From Gammaproteobacteria bacterium (GTDB lineage Bacteria > Pseudomonadota > Gammaproteobacteria > GCA-002705445 > GCA-002716945), in assembly GCA_038142325.1 (NCBI GenBank), contig JAYQJW010000002.1, positions 587,328 to 651,327 on the forward strand: DNA of 64,000 nt, in the 5' to 3' direction. The notes below the pieces were generated by a model that was not told where the DNA came from, made no database searches, and saw only the letters and a list, made by a program, of their open reading frames with translations. Below, piece by piece: positions 57,659 through 64,000 of the stretch (the first letter of the stretch is position 1; every line of letters starts with the position of its first letter). Both the position numbers and the translations under genes were made by a program.

Positions 57659-58939
57659 CTATTTATCGAACTGCTCTTCTTCAGTACTACCTGTTAATGC
57701 TGTAACTGATGATGAGCCGCCAGTAATTACTTGAGTTACAGAATCAAAGTATCCTGTTCCTACCTCTCTTTGATGTTTAGTAGCGGTATATCCATCTTTC
57801 TCAGCAGCAAACTCTGCTTCTTGCAACTTAACATAGGCTGTCATCTGCTCTGCATTGTAGCCTTTTGATAACTCGAACATGCTATAGTTTAATGCATGGA
57901 ATCCGGCAAGGGTAATAAATTGAAACTTATAACCCATTGCCCCTAGCTCTTTTTGGAATTTAGCAATTTGCGCATCATCAAGATTCTTTTTCCAGTTAAA
58001 AGACGGCGAGCAGTTATATGCAAGCAGTTGTTCTGGATGCTCTTTTTTAAGTGCTTCAGCAAATTTTTTAGCAAAATCTAAATCAGGCACTCCTGTCTCA
58101 CACCACACTAAATCTGCATAAGGGGCATAAGCTAATCCTCTTGAGATTGCTTGATCAATACCATTTTTGACCCTATAAAAGCCCTCGGAGGTTCTCTCTC
58201 CGGTAGTAAATTCTCTATCTCTTTCATCTATATCGCTGGTTAAAAGATTTGCGGCCTCCGCATCAGTTCTGGCTAAAAGTACCGTTGGCGTATTATAAAT
58301 ATCAGCCGCTAATCTAGCTGCTGCTAATTTTTGAACTGCTTCTTGTGTAGGTACAAGCACCTTACCGCCCATGTGTCCACATTTTTTTGCAGAAGCTAGT
58401 TGATCTTCAAAATGCACACCTGCCGCACCTGCTTCAATCATTGCTTTCATTAACTCATGAGCATTAAGAACTCCGCCAAAGCCTGCTTCCGCGTCTGCAA
58501 CTATTGGTAACATATAGTCTACAGGTTCATTTCCTTCTGCTATGTTTAATTGATCTGCTCTTCGTAATGAGTTATTTATACGTTTTACAACCGCTGGAAC
58601 ACTATCTACGGGATACAGAGATTGATCTGGATACATTTGCATGCCTGTATTTGCATCACCCGCCACTTGCCATCCTGATAGATAAACAGCTCTTAGACCA
58701 GCCTTTGCCTGTTGCATTGCTTGGTTTCCTGTAAGTGCGCCAAGTGCATTTACAAAGTCGCTGTTGTTTATCTCGTTCCAGAGCTTTTCAGCACCCTGTT
58801 TGGCTAGACTATATTCAATTTCCACGCTACCGCTTAATTTAGCGACTTCTTCAGCTGTGTAATCACGTTTTACGTTTTTCCATCTTGGGTTCGAGTCCCA
58901 TTCTTTCTGTATATCTTTTGCAGATCTTACTTTGCTCAT
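57659..58939 (-). CDS. aceA: Isocitrate lyase
   Basis: [27 protein letters not shown] and [11 protein letters not shown]. Confidence 0.99.
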   Translation of the reverse strand: MSKVRSAKDIQKEWDSNPRWKNVKRDYTAEEVAKLSGSVEIEYSLAKQGAEKLWNEINNSDFVNALGALTGNQAMQQAKAGLRAVYLSGWQVAGDANTGMQMYPDQSLYPVDSVPAVVKRINNSLRRADQLNIAEGNEPVDYMLPIVADAEAGFGGVLNAHELMKAMIEAGAAGVHFEDQLASAKKCGHMGGKVLVPTQEAVQKLAAARLAADIYNTPTVLLARTDAEAANLLTSDIDERDREFTTGERTSEGFYRVKNGIDQAISRGLAYAPYADLVWCETGVPDLDFAKKFAEALKKEHPEQLLAYNCSPSFNWKKNLDDAQIAKFQKELGAMGYKFQFITLAGFHALNYSMFELSKGYNAEQMTAYVKLQEAEFAAEKDGYTATKHQREVGTGYFDSVTQVITGGSSSVTALTGSTEEEQFDK

Positions 58940-59066
58940 TGTTACCTCATGGTCTAAAAAATAATTGGCTAGATGATACTACTTGTGAGATTAATTGACA
59001 AATTAAATAGCCCAATTATCATCATGATTTAAAAAAATATTTAATTAAAGAAATGTATAAGTCGAA

Positions 59067-60154
59067 ATGGTAGGTTCTAAAGGAAAAGTAGCACTGGGTA
59101 TGTCCGGAGGCATAGATTCATCCATATCAGCATATCTTTTATCAGAAGCTGGTTACGAGGTTGAAGGTTTTTTTATGAAGAACTGGGAAGAAGATGATGA
59201 CAATGGTTGTACCTCAAAAAAAGATTATGAAGATGCAATTAAAATATGTAACAAGTTGGGTATAAAACTTAATTTAGTCAATTTCTCAGATAAATATTGG
59301 ACTGATGTTTTTGAAAAATTTTTAGATGAACTAAAAAAAGGTTTCACTCCGAATCCAGATATCTTTTGCAATAAAGAAATTAAGTTCAAGCAGTATTATG
59401 ATTATGCAATGTCATTAGGTTTTGATTATATTGCTACTGGCCACTACGCTAAAAAATTGAATTTATCACAGCCACAGCTGCATATTCCAAAAGATAGAGT
59501 TAAGGATCAAACTTATTTCTTGTATACACTAAATAAAAAAGTATTAAATAATACAATCTTCCCATTAGAGGAAATAGAAAAAAATGAGGTAAAAAAAATT
59601 GAAAAAAAACTTAATTTTGGTTTAGAAAGAAAAAAAGAGAGTATGGGCATATGTTTTATAGGTAATAAAAAATTTACATCATTTATAGATAGATACATCA
59701 AACCAGAAGAAGGAAATATAGTTGACTATAAATCAAAAAAATTTTAGGAACTCATGAGGGGCTGAATAAGTATACTATTGGCCAAAGAAAAGGAATTAGG
59801 ATAGGAGGAATCAAAGATAAAGATGAACTTGCATGGTATGTCATTGATAAAAATATAGATGATAACATATTAATCGTGAGTCAAGACCAGGCTCCCCTTC
59901 TGTATTCTGGAGAGATAGAATTAAATGATTTTAATTTAATTAATAAAGATTATAAAAAGAATAATATTAGAGCAAGATTTAGACATGGAGGGCAACTTAG
60001 AGCATGTGATTTCAAAATTATTGATCAAAAATATATAATTAGACTTAAAGAATCTGAAAGAGCTATAGCTCCAGGTCAATCAGCTGTATTATATAATGAC
60101 ACACATTGCATTGGAGGCGGAATAATTACATCTAAATGTTTAAACAAGATCTAA
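59067..60154 (+). CDS. mnmA: tRNA 2-thiouridylase MnmA; frameshifted
   Basis: MSGGIDSS, TPNPDIFCN, ATGHYA, KDQTYFL, ESMGICFIG and APGQSAVLY. Confidence 0.96.
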
Positions 60155-60744
60155 AAAATGAAACTATTTCTCTTGGTGCAATATACCAAGCATGTAATGA
60201 AATTAAAAAAGTTGCCTGGCAAGGTGAAATCGATGCAAAATTAATTGAACCGCTTATATTTAGTGTTTATCAAACGACAGTGGATAATATTGAAGATATT
60301 TATATTAACTTAAGAAGAATAAATACTGGATTAGACTATTTAAGAAAACAACTTGTTGGAGATGCGTTTTCAAAAGATGCTGAAGTAATAAGATATTTTG
60401 AAGCTATTAGTATACTAGTTAAAAATTTATATAAAAATGAAAATACACTCTCTAAACTGAGATCTAGTTTGAATAATTTTAATGATACTGTTAATCAAGA
60501 TAACCTCAATGATCATGCTACTTATCTATCTGAACTATATTTAGATACTATTAGTAAAATAGAGCCAAGAATTATTGTCAATGGAGATAATAAATATTTG
60601 AAAGAGCCGCAAAACGCTGCAATGATCAGAGCATTGCTATTATCTGCAATACGATCCTACATACTATGGCAACAATCCGGTGGCTCTAAATTAAGATTAT
60701 TTCTTTTTAGAAAAAAAATAGCGCAATTAGCTGTTTCTATTTAA
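60136..60744 (+). CDS. hflD: High frequency lysogenization protein HflD (DUF489)
   Basis: Y.DTIS...PRIIVNG and IRALLLSAIRS..LWQQSGG; follows mnmA. Confidence 0.92.
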   Translation: MFKQDLKNETISLGAIYQACNEIKKVAWQGEIDAKLIEPLIFSVYQTTVDNIEDIYINLRRINTGLDYLRKQLVGDAFSKDAEVIRYFEAISILVKNLYKNENTLSKLRSSLNNFNDTVNQDNLNDHATYLSELYLDTISKIEPRIIVNGDNKYLKEPQNAAMIRALLLSAIRSYILWQQSGGSKLRLFLFRKKIAQLAVSI

Positions 60745-63332
60745 TCAATTAGCTAATTTCTTCATTACATAGTTTAATATTCCATCACTCACAAAATATT
60801 CCCATTCTTTTGCAGTATCAATTCTAACTATAACTTCGAATATTTTATTAGAATCATTTTCTTGTATCTGAACAGTTTTAGAATCTTTGCTTATTGAGCT
60901 TATCGTGAATGATGACTTCATTGATAAACCAAGTGAATCAAAACTATCACCTTGAGCAAATTGCAAAGGCATGACGCCCATGCCCACAAGATTAGATCTA
61001 TGTATTCTCTCAAAGCTTTCAGCAATTACTGCTTTTACACCTAAAAGCTTTGTGCCTTTTGCAGCCCAGTCTCGTGAAGAACCGCAGCCATAATCTTTGC
61101 CAGCAAATATAATTAAATTAGTATTTGTTTTTTTATATTCCTCGGCGGCATCATAAATTGTCATCTCTTCATCATCAGGCAATAGTTTTGTAAAACCTCC
61201 TGTTTTTTCTGGGACTAATTTATTAGATAATCTTATATTTGCAAAGGTTCCTCTTTGCATAATTTTGTAATTACCTCTTCTAGAACCGTATGAATTAAAG
61301 TCTTTTACGTTTACTGAATTTTCTATAAGATGCTTGCCTGCTGGAGTGCTGTCTTTAAATGAACCAGCTGGCGATATGTGATCAGTGGTGACACTATCTC
61401 CCAAAATAACAAGAGGATATGCTAAATCTATTGCTGGTAGGGTATCTTGATTATCTTTTTCCTTTCCAAAAAATGGTGATGGCTGAATATAAGTTGATTT
61501 ATCATCCCAATCAAAATAATCTGAATCAGATGTAGGAATAAACTTCCAGTTATTATCACCATCGAACAAACTCGCATAGGAATCATTAAACATGTCTCCA
61601 TCAATTACCTTGTTTATTACATCATTAATTTCATTATTTGATGGCCATATATCCTTCAAATAGATATCTTTGCCATTTTGATCTTGTCCAAGAGGCGTTG
61701 TATTTATATCGACATTGATTTTACCAACTATTGAGTAGGCAACAACTAGCATTGGACTTGCAAGAAAATTCATTTTAATTTCTGGATGTATTCTTCCTTC
61801 GAAATTTCTATTTCCTGATAAAATAGAACTAACTACAAGATCTCTATCATTAATTTCCTTAACATACTTATCCTCTAAAGGTCCAGAGTTACCGATACAG
61901 GTTGTGCAACCATAACCAACTATATTAAACCCAAGTTTATCAAGAGATTCTTGAAGGTCTGCCTTTCTTAAATAGTTTTCAACAACTCTTGATCCTGGAG
62001 CCAAGGAAGTTTTAACCCAATCTTTTGTGGTTAATCCTTTTTCAACTGCATTTTTAGCTAATAACCCTGCACCAATAATTACGCTTGGGTTAGAAGTGTA
62101 TTTGTACAACTTGTAATTGCAGCAATTAAAATACTTCCATCATTAATTGAACCACTAGATACTTCAGATTTTTTAAGTTTTTTTATTTCCTTTTCTGAGA
62201 CAGCTTTTACATCTGATAGTAAAACTCGATCTTGTGGTCTTTTTGGTCCAGAGAGACATGCTTCAACTTTACTCATATCTAATGAGAGAGAATCTGTATA
62301 TTTGATATCATGCTGCTCATCTCTGAAAAAACCACATTTTTTACTGTATTCCTCGACAATCTGTAATTGGTTATCGTTTTTACCTGTCATTTTAAGATAA
62401 TCAATTGTTAGAGAATCTACTGGAAAGAAGCCGCATGTCGCACCATATTCAGGTGCCATATTAGAAATTGTACATCTGTCAGCAATGCTTAAGTTATCTA
62501 AACCGGATCCATAAAATTCAACAAATTTTCCAACAACATTTTTTTCTCTTAACATCTGAACTATGGTTAGAACAAGATCAGTTGCCGTTGTAGTCTGATT
62601 TAGCTTACCCGTTAATTCGAAACCAATAACTTCAGGTAATAGCATTGGAATTGGTTGTCCGAGCATAGCGGCTTCTGCTTCTATTCCACCAACCCCCCAT
62701 CCTAATACACCTAGGCCATTAACCATTGTGGTATGTGAATCGGTTCCAACAACGGTATCAGGATATAGACTTCCATCTTTTTCAAATACAACTTTAGCAA
62801 TATACTCAATATTAATTTGATGAATAATTCCGTTATTTGGTGGCACAATTCTCAAGTTTTTAAATGCCTGTTGGCCCCACTTTAAAAGTTTGTATCTTTC
62901 AGTATTTCTTTCATATTCTAGTTTAGTATTCAAGTCTTTAGAGTCTGATGATCCAAAGTGATCTACCATCACAGAATGATCTATGACCAAATCTGTTTGA
63001 CATTGTGGATTTACAGCATCTGTTTTTGATGCATCTAGAGATTTCATAGCATCTCTCATTGAAGCTAAATCTACTACAGCAGGTACACCTGTGAAGTCCT
63101 GCATGATAACTCTACTAGGATAAAATGTAATTTCAGTATCTTTATCTGCTTCTCCGTTCCAACTTATAAACTTTTCTATAATTGAATTAAAGTTAGAGTT
63201 GTCAGATTCATTTCTTAAATAATTCTCCATTAAAACTCTGAGAGAATAAGGTAAGTGATTGACTTCAAAGTTATTTATGTTGAATGTTTGATAAGTATTA
63301 TTATTTATAGAAAGTTCTGATTTTTCTGACAT
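60745..63332 (-). CDS. acnA: Aconitate hydratase A; frameshift near 62095
   Basis: LPYSLRVL, QDFTGVP, GTDSHT, AITSCTNT, GYGCTTCIGNSG, TTDHISPAG and GSSRDWAAKG. Confidence 0.97.
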
Positions 63333-63389
63333 TTATATTTCCTCTTTGACTAGAATTTGCAGTATTCTATCAAAAAAAAGAGTCTAATT

Positions 63390-63827
63390 CTATGAATTAC
63401 TTGGGAGGTAGTTTTTTTTTTGAACACTCTCGATATACATGCCTAGCGAATCTTTATTATTAGGGTTACTTTTTCTTACAACTACATCTTGTCCATCTTT
63501 TTTAAGACCATTATATTTTCTCAAAAACTTATTTAATTCAATACTTTTTTTAATACGATATAATCTTGGTTCTTGGTTTTGCTCTTTTATCAAAATCAAG
63601 ACACTATCTTGATTTGTATAAGTATTTAACACATAGAATTTATCAGGTAATTTATCTGTTGTCGCATAACCCTCATTATTTCTGATATTTTCATAAACCA
63701 GTATAAAAAGTACAGATATGCTTAGGGCAATGACTATTTTTGTGCCGTAAGGTCTGCCATTAAGAAAATTATGAATTAAAAAAATATAAAGAAATAATGT
63801 AATTATTAATAAAAAATATAACAGCAT
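63390..63827 (-). CDS. Hypothetical membrane protein
   Basis: Two N-terminal TM segments, then GYA....P..F and EPRLYR. Confidence 0.65.
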   Translation of the reverse strand: MLLYFLLIITLFLYIFLIHNFLNGRPYGTKIVIALSISVLFILVYENIRNNEGYATTDKLPDKFYVLNTYTNQDSVLILIKEQNQEPRLYRIKKSIELNKFLRKYNGLKKDGQDVVVRKSNPNNKDSLGMYIESVQKKNYLPSNS

Positions 63828-63829
63828 AA

Positions 63830-64000
63830 TTAAAATCCTTTGAGATTATATGGCGTTAAAACTTTTTTTGATTTACCTCCTGAGGAATACTCGCCTTTTT
63901 CATCTAAGTAGAATCTTGTGACAGTAACTTCTGTGTCTTTTTTTCTAAAATAATATTATTAGCATAGACTAGTTTTAAAGTTGGATTAACTTTTTCAATA
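63830..64000 (-). CDS. 3' end of a hypothetical protein (truncated by window, frameshifted)
   Basis: IEKVNPTLKLVY...EVTVTRFYLDEKG coding-like frames ending 2 nt before the next ATG. Confidence 0.45.

Noticed and set aside
509-59701. Many 60-150 aa ORFs antisense to or out of frame within known genes (e.g. 509-775, 9874-10185, 17895-18326, 32627-33004, 57039-57500)
   Set aside because: Shadow ORFs of well-supported genes with no motifs of their own
60136-60744. hflD as a prophage indicator
   Set aside because: It is a chromosomal housekeeping gene normally found after mnmA; no phage genes nearby
1-64000. CRISPR array, rRNA, integrase/transposase, defence systems, stop-codon reassignment
   Set aside because: No regularly spaced repeats or such motifs seen; TAA, TAG and TGA all end intact genes, and gene breaks are frame changes rather than in-frame stops

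Overview
A 64-kb, strongly AT-rich and very compact chromosomal segment (many overlapping start/stop codons, short intergenic gaps) from what looks like a streamlined, probably marine Gammaproteobacterium; the taxonomy is inferred only. It is mostly housekeeping: hrcA-grpE-dnaK-dnaJ-dapB, fabD-fabG-acpP-fabF-pabC-tmk-holB, uvrC-pgsA-tRNA Gly/Cys/Leu, rpmF-plsX-fabH, glyA-nrdR-rib-nusB-thiL, purL, ssrA, pntAB, iscR-iscU, infA, aceA-icd, mnmA-hflD and acnA. Accessory genes include a lone soxB coupled to msrPQ, fhs plus a Tup-type tungstate ABC transporter, an Fe-S-less bacterial (6-4) photolyase operon, a PagL-like deacylase, and a priming glycosyltransferase sitting between two tRNAs. More than 25 genes, many essential, carry frameshifts; those I inspected sit at homopolymer runs, so I treat them as uncorrected long-read errors and give reconstructed coordinates. 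I found no CRISPR array, rRNA, integrase, transposase or defence system, and I cannot claim a clearly new biological system. The best leads are the msrP-msrQ-soxB unit, the Cys-less IscR with iscU but no iscS, the serine-type MetX, the atypical IDH and the interrupted tRNA cluster. All calls come from motif recognition by eye, with no database searches.
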